Positions 38,401 through 47,023 of a DNA stretch of 64,000 nt are shown in pieces. The DNA lies in the sequence record OR529409.1, one strand, 5' to 3'. Under the pieces are notes generated by a model that was not told the origin of the DNA, did not search any database, and saw only the letters and a program-made list of their open reading frames with translations. The number at the start of each line of letters is the position of its first letter. The first letter of the stretch is position 1. Position numbers and translations under genes: made by a program.

Positions 38401-39700
38401 CTATGCTGGGGTTATCTCCGAGGCTGGTAAAGACTCCGGTAAAGTTGGGTTCGTGAGTTACTTAACGAGCAACCCTAAGATCGCCGATTTCCGTGGTAAC
38501 GTCGACCTAAGCATGCCTGACACTCTGAGCGGCAGACTGTCGGTAACATCCAACCTTTTAGCTCACTCGACCTCCGATGACCCCAAACGTGCTCTGTTCT
38601 CCGGGGTGCAGCAAAGCCAGGGGGTATCTGCGACTAACTATCAGACCAACTGGTTACGTACCGGGGATGAATTGGTTATCGCACACCGGACATCCGAGCT
38701 TTATTCTAAACCAGCTAAACTCGACGGTAAAGTAATAAAGCTTACCAAAGAAGGCTTGGTGGTCGAATACAAGGATGGAACGACGGACAGTTATCCGTTA
38801 GGCTTAACCATCGGCAGTGCGTCTGGTGAATTCCACAGACACACAAGGGTCACTGATTTAAAAGTCGGTGATAGTTTCAATGCCGGGGATATTATCGGTT
38901 GGGACGAAATGTACTTTGAAAGGGATTTGGCCAACCCTAATCAGGTAGCGTGGAAGTGCGGGGTAATGGTGAGGATTGCCTTTGTTGAGAATCAGTTCAC
39001 GTTTGAAGACTCCATTGAGGTTTCTAAAGACTTCGCTGAGCAGACGAAAACGCCTTATTTGAAGTTGAAAGAATTCTCTTTAGACTTCGAACAAACTCTC
39101 GTCCCTCACGTAGAAGTCGGGTCGGAAGTCGACATGGACGCGATTTTATGCTCGATAGAGGATCCCCACGTAAGTGGTCTGGACGATTCTGATGACACTT
39201 TCTCAGGATTAGAGCGTTTAGGGGTTAAACAAATTCGGTCTAACCATCATGGCCGTGTTGTTAAAATTGAGTGTGTTTATAACGGTTCAATTGAAGACAT
39301 GTCAGATAGCCTGAAAGGGTTTGTGACTAAGTTAGATAAAGAACGTCAACAGCTCAATAAGGTCACTCATACCGGGATCGTTAACGGTAACGTTGGGGGA
39401 AACACGTATGTTAAGAAAGCCAGTGTTGAACCTAATCGGGTTACGGTTAAAATCTTTATTGAGGATCTCAACAGCTCCGAAACCGCCGATAAATTTGTGG
39501 TCGGTAACCAGATGAAAGGTACCGTGGGGAATATCGTGAACTACACAATGCGCACACTGGATGGCCGTATTGTCAAGATTCGATTCTCATTTAAATCGAT
39601 GTTCAACCGTATGGTTCTGAGCTTACGAGATAAAATGGGTATCAATGAAGTTAACGCCAACCGCACTTCGGCAGCAGTTAAAGCTTTCAGAGGAAAATAA
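35444..39700 (+). CDS. rpoB: Virion RNA polymerase beta large subunit (phiKZ gp178-like)
   Basis: TFGGTGGR, DSGKVG, ENQFTFEDS and DKFVVGNQMKG RpoB-like motifs; 1418 aa. Confidence 0.92.
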   Translation: MSVLYQQFFRNFVLRKKQEITNPKFHHLTDMVLPRESVMMYLPKTQEDIGPSTEEPLIGTYPDGVNIYFNSLYITPIGRTRPVPFNEKQSIQLYRKSHFKYNWARTLSNYLSRRQELLVNNIAMGPHRHRYVFTRFVQFERAYNQLASGIEAVKQMSKETTRHQYWRIELPPAIPDYRQLLVAVDHYKKAFKDGVYTTTDNQAVLPFKGYGSYWIMDWYLFLIGEKNYSLFNRLDKEEMDKLHIIFSHNGLSWVVNLGIVSQWMEELNDKHGNPTSMRVNAAKRFLLGFRALIAGGTLSETIEEKPHAAENVGLGTGTPEEERRSQEVNKESEEEPLDLDESEEITDQSVTMLDLFMGSKKADTESNDDQGGEDSGGADENHGEEWAAAVDDELLYNAETEGLGETKKVIFSTPESGILRALEQRAKAGTLTVAEQRYYTNLAQSYKTIKMPNGESLESFVKIDQAKLRHLPAKIAPEMRGIIDPSQLQSRATNLKTKYSEEFLNRDIAGMILNIQNAGIVLTDLKRERIVNAESAYDVYTMNVHPVGGSPKTAMFRIPKIDKDGTFTVDGVKQHLQLQRMEIPIRKINSEQVALTSYYDRKIMMSRSTKVADDYGLWLNKQLILLGEAGKVSGVLGDVYNRSYAVPRTYSALAKRYRSLKAGGIEFNFDLSSLVGSEKEINKLISPNWVPVAKEGDDFIFMDDGGNLYKDKTHIGSFESRCGIDTTKAPVDIVTVNVNGYAFPIGVVLAYYFGFDELLKALNADYRTVPAGEKVRMGQDEYAITFNDETLIFNRRDSLTALIMGGFRKLANLSNFSRYDLNTKGVWVPAIGDKKVKPGHFDEMRLMFEMFIDPITKSELVKRGYPTELHYLMIEGVKMLNTDRTAHEIELTEQRFVGYERFAGRVYNEIVKSTRQFRNKGNDKRFTFDMNPEAVIMSIITDTSVNLVEEVNPIHEIKEQEVVTFGGTGGRSETTMVRRTRGQQENYAGVISEAGKDSGKVGFVSYLTSNPKIADFRGNVDLSMPDTLSGRLSVTSNLLAHSTSDDPKRALFSGVQQSQGVSATNYQTNWLRTGDELVIAHRTSELYSKPAKLDGKVIKLTKEGLVVEYKDGTTDSYPLGLTIGSASGEFHRHTRVTDLKVGDSFNAGDIIGWDEMYFERDLANPNQVAWKCGVMVRIAFVENQFTFEDSIEVSKDFAEQTKTPYLKLKEFSLDFEQTLVPHVEVGSEVDMDAILCSIEDPHVSGLDDSDDTFSGLERLGVKQIRSNHHGRVVKIECVYNGSIEDMSDSLKGFVTKLDKERQQLNKVTHTGIVNGNVGGNTYVKKASVEPNRVTVKIFIEDLNSSETADKFVVGNQMKGTVGNIVNYTMRTLDGRIVKIRFSFKSMFNRMVLSLRDKMGINEVNANRTSAAVKAFRGK

Positions 39701-39701
39701 A

Positions 39702-40562
39702 ATGTCTATCGCCCTAACCAAAGCGATTAAAGATATCCAGGTATCTTTAAAAGAGGTGGGGCTTTATCCTTCTAAGATCGATGGTGTATGGGGGGATGGA
39801 AGTTCAACCGGCTTCCTTACCCTCATCAACTATTATGCGTCTAAAGAAGGTAAAGCGTCTCAAGTTAAAATCGGCCCTAAAGTCGGCAACGAAGTAGCCT
39901 TTAAAACAGTTCAGCAACAACTCCAAAACATCGGGCTTTACACCGGCACGATCGACGGACTTTGGGGTAACGGAACCAAAACCGCTTTGGCAACTCTGAA
40001 CAGCGCCTTCCGTTTAGGTTATCAACTGCCTAAATACAGCGCATGCTGGAGTAAGAAGGTTGAACCGGCATTCGTTGCCCGTTGTAAGAAATGGGTGGAC
40101 GACGAAGCTCTGGTTCCTGAATGCCTTGATTACGTCATGGCGATTATGTGTTTCGAATCAGGTGGCACCTTCCGACCGGATATTCAGAATGGTGCTGGTG
40201 CCAACTATTGGGGTTTAATCCAATTCGGTACTGCGGCCGCAACCGATCTGGGTACTACTCTTGACAAACTCAAGAAGATGACTCAGATGGAGCAACTGGA
40301 GTATGTGTTTAAATACTTCAAGATGCGGATGAGATCGTATAAACTGAAAAGTCTGGAAGATTTCTATATGTCCGTATTTTACCCGGCCGCAATAGGTAAA
40401 TCTCCTGACACCATGATCTTCGCCAATGGTTCTGTTGGCTATCGTCAGAACATCGGTCTGGACGTTGACAAAGACGGCAAGATTACCGTTGGAGAAATCA
40501 GCGTTAAAATCTATCAAACTTACTACGACGGGATGCTACCCGTTAATCGGAGAATTGTCTAA
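39702..40562 (+). CDS. Modular endolysin: two PG-binding repeats plus a lytic transglycosylase (SLT-like) domain
   Basis: LKEVGLYPSKIDGVWG and LQNIGLYTGTIDGLWGNGT repeats; CFESGGTF..GLIQF catalytic motifs; ATG 39702. Confidence 0.9.
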   Translation: MSIALTKAIKDIQVSLKEVGLYPSKIDGVWGDGSSTGFLTLINYYASKEGKASQVKIGPKVGNEVAFKTVQQQLQNIGLYTGTIDGLWGNGTKTALATLNSAFRLGYQLPKYSACWSKKVEPAFVARCKKWVDDEALVPECLDYVMAIMCFESGGTFRPDIQNGAGANYWGLIQFGTAAATDLGTTLDKLKKMTQMEQLEYVFKYFKMRMRSYKLKSLEDFYMSVFYPAAIGKSPDTMIFANGSVGYRQNIGLDVDKDGKITVGEISVKIYQTYYDGMLPVNRRIV

Positions 40563-40723
40563 TGGACGATACCATTAAAGAAGCGGTCGCTATCGCCAAT
40601 TTGTTTGAATTGGTTAAAGCAACAACCGGGAAAGTCGGACTTGAATATATGGCCCCCATTGATGATTCTCGTGCCGACGAAATTATCAGCGGTGCTATCA
40701 ACGCGGCAGTAAAAGGACAATAA
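40562..40723 (+). CDS. 53-aa hypothetical protein (not in ORF track)
   Basis: MDDTIKEAVAIANLFELVK...AAVKGQ; TAATG overlap with the endolysin stop and 2 nt before the next ATG. Confidence 0.7.
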   Translation: MDDTIKEAVAIANLFELVKATTGKVGLEYMAPIDDSRADEIISGAINAAVKGQ

Positions 40724-40725
40724 CA

Positions 40726-42225
40726 ATGATCAAGCAATCTTCCGTTTTCATTGCGTTGCCTATCGCAGAAAGTTTGGTTGGTGTTAACAAAACCTTTGCT
40801 GATAAAAGTCATCCGCTCATCAAAGGCCTGAGCGATTGCAGCTATGGTCTGGTTCCTTATACCCTCGATAACCTTCCTTTGACTTTACCGGAAGTTACTC
40901 ACGAGGAAATGGAACACGGCTTGCTGCTGGATGAAGCCAGTACAACGCTCGCCGAATCTGTCCGTAAAAGTTTCCAGCAGATCAGCCATTACCTCAAGCC
41001 TTTCGCGAAAAATCTCATCGAAGAAATCTACAAGGCCACGGATATCGATGAAGACGCTACACGTCAGATTTTTGACCGTCTTCAGATTGAATACCGTAAG
41101 CTCGATTACGGTTTCTTCGACAGCCCGTTTTACCCGAAAGAGATCGACTCCACTATCGACTACAGCAAGATCCCTCTGAAAGATCTGATGTTGCCGGATA
41201 ACACAGTCGATAAAGACTTCACTGGGTTCGCTGAGTATATCCAGGCGCCTAACGCAGAGATCAAAGAGATCTTCGAAGCTTATCAGCCAGGCTGGGCGTT
41301 CGATAAATTTATTGGGAACAACAACTGGGCTGACGTCTTCAATATTTTCAACGGTTATGTTGATCTGACGACGGCTGGTTACAAAGACCCAGCTCCTCTG
41401 TTCAGCCTGTACGTGCTGTTTACGAAAATGAAAGCGGATGAAAATCCGGCTCCATTCGTAAAAAATATCGAACTCCATCAGTATCGTGGTTACGTCAACC
41501 GGATGCACAACTTCCTGACTGTAGCGCTTGTTTTTTGTTCTCGTTACTATCAGGGTTTGAAACTCACTCCAATGCCTGTTCTGTCTTTGGTGGGCAAAAT
41601 GGAAATGGATCGTGGGATTAACCTTCTGCGCGGTAAAATTGTTGTAGGTCTTACCAAAAAAGGTCTCGATATTTACGCAGCAGCGGCACCTGAAGGTTCT
41701 GTAAGTGAAGCACTGGTCGGTAAAGCTGTGGCTACGATCGCAACCAAGTCCGATAAAGCCGGCTTGAACATCGTTGCAGGCGCAGAGTACTTCCAGGAAG
41801 TATTCCGCAATTACCTGGCTGGCGTAACGGGATCTCTAAACGCTAAGATCACTGAATCCTGTCGGGATGCAGTTGAGAATGCGCTGATCAAGTTCCAGAA
41901 CGAACACGCGGAACTAAAAGATACCGTGATGGGTCTCAATGACAAAATTGAATTCCGTCGTCTGAGCCACGCTCTGCAGTCTGATGTGGATGCGTTCGTT
42001 GGTGGTTACAAATCGCAAGTTGTCGCTAACGGTGTTCCGTTGTCTAAATACGTCATGGGATCTGATCTCGTCGCCTCTCTGGGTAACCTGATGGGTATGA
42101 CGTTCGCGGCGGATGTACTGCGCACCAGTTCTCGCTTGATCGGTTCAGGTGAGATCACCGATGTTCAGAAACGCGAAGCGCTGACCGAAGCGGTTGTAAA
42201 ATCTTTAGTTAAACATCTTGTCTAA
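40726..42225 (+). CDS. Putative virion (head) protein
   Basis: 499 aa; synteny between endolysin and the fifth vRNAP subunit; biased codons. Confidence 0.65.
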   Translation: MIKQSSVFIALPIAESLVGVNKTFADKSHPLIKGLSDCSYGLVPYTLDNLPLTLPEVTHEEMEHGLLLDEASTTLAESVRKSFQQISHYLKPFAKNLIEEIYKATDIDEDATRQIFDRLQIEYRKLDYGFFDSPFYPKEIDSTIDYSKIPLKDLMLPDNTVDKDFTGFAEYIQAPNAEIKEIFEAYQPGWAFDKFIGNNNWADVFNIFNGYVDLTTAGYKDPAPLFSLYVLFTKMKADENPAPFVKNIELHQYRGYVNRMHNFLTVALVFCSRYYQGLKLTPMPVLSLVGKMEMDRGINLLRGKIVVGLTKKGLDIYAAAAPEGSVSEALVGKAVATIATKSDKAGLNIVAGAEYFQEVFRNYLAGVTGSLNAKITESCRDAVENALIKFQNEHAELKDTVMGLNDKIEFRRLSHALQSDVDAFVGGYKSQVVANGVPLSKYVMGSDLVASLGNLMGMTFAADVLRTSSRLIGSGEITDVQKREALTEAVVKSLVKHLV

Positions 42226-42240
42226 TCGGGAATTTAATCC

Positions 42241-42966
42241 ATGAACTATTCGGCTCTAACGAGAAATAAGGATCGGGTCTTTAAAGCATTAAAAGAGTTA
42301 GAGGACCATTCGGTTATCGCTCTGGAGCCGTTAGAGGTTCATATCCCCAAACGCTTTATCGAGCGATCACTAGCCGATATCGGTGATAAGGTTGAAACGA
42401 TCGGTGTTCTGGGGATCGTCATTCCCGATGTCGCTTATTGCTGCATGTATCGCGTTGCTACTGTAACACTGTCACCAAGTAACATCAGGGAAATCACAAT
42501 AGACGGCGTAAGATATGTCGTATTGGATTTCGAGAAGGGCGATACAGTCTTTAACAACATCGAGGTCGTTAAAGACGAACATCTCAACTATTCTTATTAC
42601 ATGGAGTTCGGGTATTTCGCAAGGGTTCCTTGGTACGTCGATGTAACGATGGCACCTAAGCTTTTCGATTACGCCGGGCTGATCACCGGTAAGAAAGTAG
42701 GGACCAGTCCTCAGGTATTCAGGGTGCTTTACGGATTATCATATCGAGATCCCGATAACTACGAGATCGCTTATCGTTACGGCCCAGGAATTAAGGCCGG
42801 GAAGAAACCTCACCTGGTGGGGCTCAATAACGGCAGCATGTTGATAGATGGAACATTCAACCGCCTCATGGGCGGATATCTGGCCGACAACACCATTGCG
42901 GCTATTCTTAATCCTGATACCAAAGTCACTGATTCAGAAAAAGTGATGAAGGGATCGCCAGAATAA
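42241..42966 (+). CDS. Probable fifth virion RNAP subunit (phiKZ gp176 / SPN3US gp244-like)
   Basis: 241 aa directly upstream of the prohead protease; assignment mainly by synteny. Confidence 0.6.
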   Translation: MNYSALTRNKDRVFKALKELEDHSVIALEPLEVHIPKRFIERSLADIGDKVETIGVLGIVIPDVAYCCMYRVATVTLSPSNIREITIDGVRYVVLDFEKGDTVFNNIEVVKDEHLNYSYYMEFGYFARVPWYVDVTMAPKLFDYAGLITGKKVGTSPQVFRVLYGLSYRDPDNYEIAYRYGPGIKAGKKPHLVGLNNGSMLIDGTFNRLMGGYLADNTIAAILNPDTKVTDSEKVMKGSPE

Positions 42967-42980
42967 AATAAGGGTAAACC

Positions 42981-43844
42981 GTGAGTCAGTTTTCTTTCGG
43001 CAACATTATTCTTGCCAGCAACGGTAAGAAAGGACTACTAAAGCCGATCGATGATTCTGGTTACTATCTGCTTAACGCGGGGGGATTTAACGTCCCTAAC
43101 CGTAACGGGATTAAATATACTGCCAATCAGTATATTCAAGAGTGTATGTCCGAGGACTCTGATCTCATGCGTCGTATTAAACGCGGTGAGGTTTATGGGG
43201 AATGCGGGCATCCTCCTATGTTCTTTTACGAACGCGTCAACGGTGTGATAGTAAGAACCAAGATCACCGATCTGTATCAATGGATCATGCGTCTTAAAAC
43301 TATCGACATGGACAGGGCGGCTTTCCACATTCGCAACATCCATTTTGATACCGACGCATGGACCCCTAACAATAACGGCCCGATCTATAACAGCATCGAA
43401 GTTAAACCTTACCTTTCAACGGTGTTTGGTAAGATGTTTGAAGAGAATCTGTTAACACCTGATATGAACACTTCCGTGTCTATCAGGACGGTCACCGCTC
43501 CTCAGCAATTCGGTCATAAGACTCGTGAGGTCGAATACTTCACTGGTTACGATTGGGTTTATGAAGCGGGCATGGATTGGGCTAACAAACACATGACTGC
43601 CGGATGCGAAGCCTTCCTGCAAGAAATGGTGTTTGACGAAAAACAATCCATGACGTTGGATACTGATACCGCCATTCAGCTGATCGAAGCAGGACTGGAG
43701 AAGGTTGACGATATTCGTAGCGTTGAAGGGGTAGAAGCCTTTGAATCCATCAAAGGGCTGCTCGGGTCTCTTAAACGTCACAACGAAGACCGTAAACAGA
43801 AACACACCATTTCCTACGCTTCTAACTGCCTGGATTTATTCTGA
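42981..43844 (+). CDS. Prohead protease (phiKZ gp175-like)
   Basis: YGECGHP (His77) and SVSIRT (Ser167) motifs; cluster of A/S/G-x-E sites near the C-terminus. Confidence 0.88.
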   Translation: MSQFSFGNIILASNGKKGLLKPIDDSGYYLLNAGGFNVPNRNGIKYTANQYIQECMSEDSDLMRRIKRGEVYGECGHPPMFFYERVNGVIVRTKITDLYQWIMRLKTIDMDRAAFHIRNIHFDTDAWTPNNNGPIYNSIEVKPYLSTVFGKMFEENLLTPDMNTSVSIRTVTAPQQFGHKTREVEYFTGYDWVYEAGMDWANKHMTAGCEAFLQEMVFDEKQSMTLDTDTAIQLIEAGLEKVDDIRSVEGVEAFESIKGLLGSLKRHNEDRKQKHTISYASNCLDLF

Positions 43845-43845
43845 T

Positions 43846-43877
43846 AATAACTGGAGGGGGAAACCCCTCCAGTTATT
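43846..43877 (+). terminator. Intrinsic terminator
   Basis: AATAACTGGAGGGG-GAAA-CCCCTCCAGTTATT followed by a T-tract. Confidence 0.85.
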
Positions 43878-43930
43878 TTTTACTCACATCCTATTTTTAT
43901 GTCGACATAACACAATAAGCGAGTTTAACC

Positions 43931-44581
43931 ATGTTTAAGAAAGATCTCTCACTCACTCAACTCAATGATCTGGCGGCGATCAATTTTCTGGTAACTGTTC
44001 CTCTGGAAGTTAAATTGATCAGCAATCTTTACGGCGAGATGGAACGTATTTGGGGTCAGATGCGCGATCAATATGGTGAGCATCTCATCGAACGTAATCT
44101 CGGTGGCGGTGTCAAATCCGACGGCGTAAGAGATTATGCCGAGAAACTCACCGTTCTTGTCTTTAACTCCATCGGGTCGTTCCAGCGCGGCTTGTCGAAG
44201 AAAACCATCAGTGATAAGAATGATGAGGCGACAACGCTCATTCGTCGCGTACCGGCGTACACCGATCTGACAAACGAAAAACTTTTCAAGATCTTCATGA
44301 TCAACCTCTTCGGTTACGACGAAGATCTTATCGCAATCTCTTTTGCGACTAACGATAAAGATCGTAGCAAACTGCTCTTCCGCTACATCCTCAATCGTTT
44401 TGACATCGTTCGTAACAACCCTGAGTCCGAAGAACTTATGGAAGGTTTCTATCCTGATAACTTCTTCGAGATCGTTGCCGAAAGACCAAGCGACGTTTAT
44501 CAGGAATGTTTCGCGTACATCGTGGAACAGGGTTATCCGGTCATGAAAGCGCTGCAGTACTACGCGTCCTCATTACGCTAA
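43931..44581 (+). CDS. Hypothetical protein (phiKZ gp174-like position)
   Basis: 216 aa downstream of the protease. Confidence 0.7.
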   Translation: MFKKDLSLTQLNDLAAINFLVTVPLEVKLISNLYGEMERIWGQMRDQYGEHLIERNLGGGVKSDGVRDYAEKLTVLVFNSIGSFQRGLSKKTISDKNDEATTLIRRVPAYTDLTNEKLFKIFMINLFGYDEDLIAISFATNDKDRSKLLFRYILNRFDIVRNNPESEELMEGFYPDNFFEIVAERPSDVYQECFAYIVEQGYPVMKALQYYASSLR

Positions 44582-44592
44582 AAGTTTTAAGA

Positions 44593-44602
44593 CCTATATA
44601 AC
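44593..44602 (+). promoter_or_regulatory. Putative early promoter CCTATATAAC
   Basis: Motif variant with upstream TTTT. Confidence 0.4.
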
Positions 44603-44711
44603 TAAGGTGAGGCAAACACAGACAAGACAGTCTGGGTGATGTTGTAACATCATCTTTTTGTTTCCTCATCTTTCTTATTTCAACATCCAATTTATTATCG
44701 AGGACCGAAGA

Positions 44712-45155
44712 GTGAGCAAACTTAACAAAACTTATGCTGAATCCCAAACTGCCGCTATTGCCAATCTGACCGAACACGCGAGCTACGACAAAGCAACGGC
44801 GCACACTACCTTTTCAGCAGAAAAGTTTTCTTTGCCTGAAGGGGTAACCCCTGAAAGTATTAAGACGCACAAAGATCTCTTCATTGACATCACCGGTGCA
44901 ATCGAAGAAGCTACCGCGCAACAAACGCTGGCTGCTCATAAAGCCGATGAAAAAATTCTCACCACCACAGGTTCTCTGGAACTGGGCGGGGTCGTCTTTA
45001 CCTCTCAGCACCACCTGAAACAAAAAGTAGGCGAACACGATCTGTTCGGCGGGAGCGTGACCAGCGTCGATTATATCTATTCTCCTGAAGCGACCGAATG
45101 GGCGGCAAGCATGCGCGCCAATAACGCGAGTATCGCCGAAGATCTTTTTAAATAA
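44712..45155 (+). CDS. Hypothetical protein, probably highly expressed
   Basis: GTG 44712 with GAGGA RBS; ends at a hairpin. Confidence 0.75.
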   Translation: MSKLNKTYAESQTAAIANLTEHASYDKATAHTTFSAEKFSLPEGVTPESIKTHKDLFIDITGAIEEATAQQTLAAHKADEKILTTTGSLELGGVVFTSQHHLKQKVGEHDLFGGSVTSVDYIYSPEATEWAASMRANNASIAEDLFK

Positions 45156-45162
45156 GGCATTC

Positions 45163-45189
45163 TTACTCCTGCCCTTAGGGCAGGAGTAA
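45163..45189. terminator. ACTCCT-family hairpin
   Basis: TTACTCCTGCCC-TTA-GGGCAGGAGTAA. Confidence 0.8.
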
Positions 45190-45225
45190 ATAAGGCGTTT
45201 TATTTTTTTAGGGGAAGAAAGTAGA

Positions 45226-45504
45226 ATGGCTTCTAAGTCAACCACAAGAATCTACGAACTTGCTGATGGTGGGATTCGGATTGGGTTTGTGAGAAATGAA
45301 GGATCGATCAAGGTTAAGGTAGAGCAGTTTGACCGAGAGCGCAAGCTCATGAATCTGTATGGTGCAACCATCCATATTTTAGAAAAAGCGGGTGCCATCA
45401 CTGAACTAAGAAAAGTATTAGGTAAACAATTTCCGCGTTGGGGATTCGACATGAATCCCGAAGCAAAGGAAGACATCGTGCTTACTTTTATCAAATTGTT
45501 CTAG
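45226..45504 (+). CDS. Hypothetical protein
   Basis: 92 aa, purine-rich RBS. Confidence 0.65.
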   Translation: MASKSTTRIYELADGGIRIGFVRNEGSIKVKVEQFDRERKLMNLYGATIHILEKAGAITELRKVLGKQFPRWGFDMNPEAKEDIVLTFIKLF

Positions 45505-45513
45505 TATTTTATG

Positions 45514-45538
45514 GTAGGGGTGCTTTGGGCACTCCTAC
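45514..45538. terminator. Hairpin with the ACTCCTAC arm in reversed order
   Basis: GTAGGGGTGC-TTTGG-GCACTCCTAC. Confidence 0.5.
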
Positions 45539-45623
45539 TGGACTCATCATGCATTTTAATTCAACACACAAAAAGAATGAGACCTGTACTATTAAAGTAA
45601 GAACAATGATAGGAGTTGCTTTC

Positions 45624-46307
45624 ATGGATTCAATAAGCTGGTACGGAAAATTTAAAGCAGTAACCGAGGATTTGATTCCGGTTGATCTTTTACGGTACTG
45701 CTTATGGTCGATCACCTTTAATGACAAAGCGCATGATTTGAATCACGTTTATCATGTTTGCAGACAAGGAAACGATCTTGCATTATTACAAGATTACGAC
45801 GACCAGTGGCGTAGCCTGGTATTGGCGGGTTGCCTGCTTCACGACATTGGGTGTCGTTACGATCGTAAAACCCATCATCTCATAGCGTATGGGTTGGTCT
45901 TCGATTTAACCCATCGTTATTGTACCGGGCACTATTCGCCAGAAGAGACATTGATCATTGCGAAAAGTTGTCTGGAGCACAGAGCAAGCTGGGAAGGTGA
46001 TTTCAGTCATCCTATTTCAGAAACGGTTGCTCTGGCCGACAGAGGTATTCCTGATTTCGAGTTATACTGCAAACGAGCCGTTCAGTTCAGGTTAGATCAA
46101 AACCTGACTGAAGATGTTTTGGTAGAAGAAGTTCGCGTTCACATGTTAGACAAGTTCCTACCTAAGACGGGATACGTTTGGAAAAACTATCCTGAATTAG
46201 GATTGTCTTTATATGAACAAGAATGGAAAGTGTTCCACGATAAACTTAAAGACGAAGTTGTCTTTAGAGAGGCTGTACTAGAAGCGTACCGTAAATTAAA
46301 ATCTTAA
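45624..46307 (+). CDS. HD-domain phosphohydrolase
   Basis: HDLNHVYHV, LLHDIG, EHRAS and LADRG metal-binding motifs; AGGAG RBS before ATG 45624. Confidence 0.85.
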   Translation: MDSISWYGKFKAVTEDLIPVDLLRYCLWSITFNDKAHDLNHVYHVCRQGNDLALLQDYDDQWRSLVLAGCLLHDIGCRYDRKTHHLIAYGLVFDLTHRYCTGHYSPEETLIIAKSCLEHRASWEGDFSHPISETVALADRGIPDFELYCKRAVQFRLDQNLTEDVLVEEVRVHMLDKFLPKTGYVWKNYPELGLSLYEQEWKVFHDKLKDEVVFREAVLEAYRKLKS

Positions 46308-46311
46308 TCTA

Positions 46312-46346
46312 TATTGTTAACGTCCTCATAAGGGACGTTAACAATA
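46312..46346. terminator. AT-rich hairpin overlapping a promoter-like TCTATATTGT
   Basis: TATTGTTAACGTCC-N7-GGACGTTAACAATA. Confidence 0.7.
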
Positions 46347-46364
46347 ACCTACGAGGAAATCATC

Positions 46365-46859
46365 ATGATTATTTTACTTGCTGTTTTTGCTATTATCCTT
46401 TGTATTGGTTTTTGTTATAAAAAGATCAATATCAAAAACGACATCGGAATCAAGGTTAACAACGCCACAAAGATGGTCATCGATATTAACCTTGGTAAAA
46501 TTAAAGGCGAATTCAAGATCGTTAAACACAGTCGGTGTTTCAAACCCAGAGTCTCTCCTGGGTTAAACGGATTGGTTTATACTGTCCCTGTATTTTGCAC
46601 GTTATCCGAATTCATCACCGGCTTATATTCTGAAGAAATAAGACCTTACGACAAACAAAAAGATAAACACCTCTTAGACGTCGTCAGAGCCATCGTAGGG
46701 GCCGAATTAAAGGACGATGGTATGATTGCCTTATTCGACGACACGACCCTTTGTGAGACCGTAGAGAGAGCCAGAGAGTCATTTGTGATGAATAAGGATT
46801 ATTTCTTCTCCGAGAAGGGATGGAACCGAGGTAATGTTATTGCACCTATCAACCTTTAA
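46365..46859 (+). CDS. N-terminally anchored membrane protein
   Basis: MIILLAVFAIILCIGFCYKK signal-anchor; GAGGA RBS. Confidence 0.7.
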   Translation: MIILLAVFAIILCIGFCYKKINIKNDIGIKVNNATKMVIDINLGKIKGEFKIVKHSRCFKPRVSPGLNGLVYTVPVFCTLSEFITGLYSEEIRPYDKQKDKHLLDVVRAIVGAELKDDGMIALFDDTTLCETVERARESFVMNKDYFFSEKGWNRGNVIAPINL

Positions 46860-46873
46860 TTAAGGATTTTAAA

Positions 46874-47014
46874 ATGTCTGACATGTTTGACGTGGATCAA
46901 CTTAACAACCTGAACCTGGAAGCCGCTGAAGAGAAAGTCGAATCTCTTCGTGATGGTGGCGGTGAAGTTGTCGAGGCTTCCGATGAATGTGAAGGCGGCG
47001 CCTGCAAAATTTAA
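46874..47014 (+). CDS. 46-aa peptide mimicking the ribonucleotide reductase NrdB and NrdA C-terminal tails (not in ORF track)
   Basis: MSDMFDVDQLNNLNLEAAEEKVESLRDGGGEVVEASDECEGGACKI; AAGGA RBS, biased codons, terminator immediately after. Confidence 0.8.
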   Translation: MSDMFDVDQLNNLNLEAAEEKVESLRDGGGEVVEASDECEGGACKI

Positions 47015-47023
47015 AACGTGTAA

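Noticed and set aside
46365-46859. Upstream ORF as the missing nrdA body (split or frameshifted RNR)
   Set aside because: It has a signal anchor and no RNR alpha motifs, and the 46-aa ORF has its own RBS.
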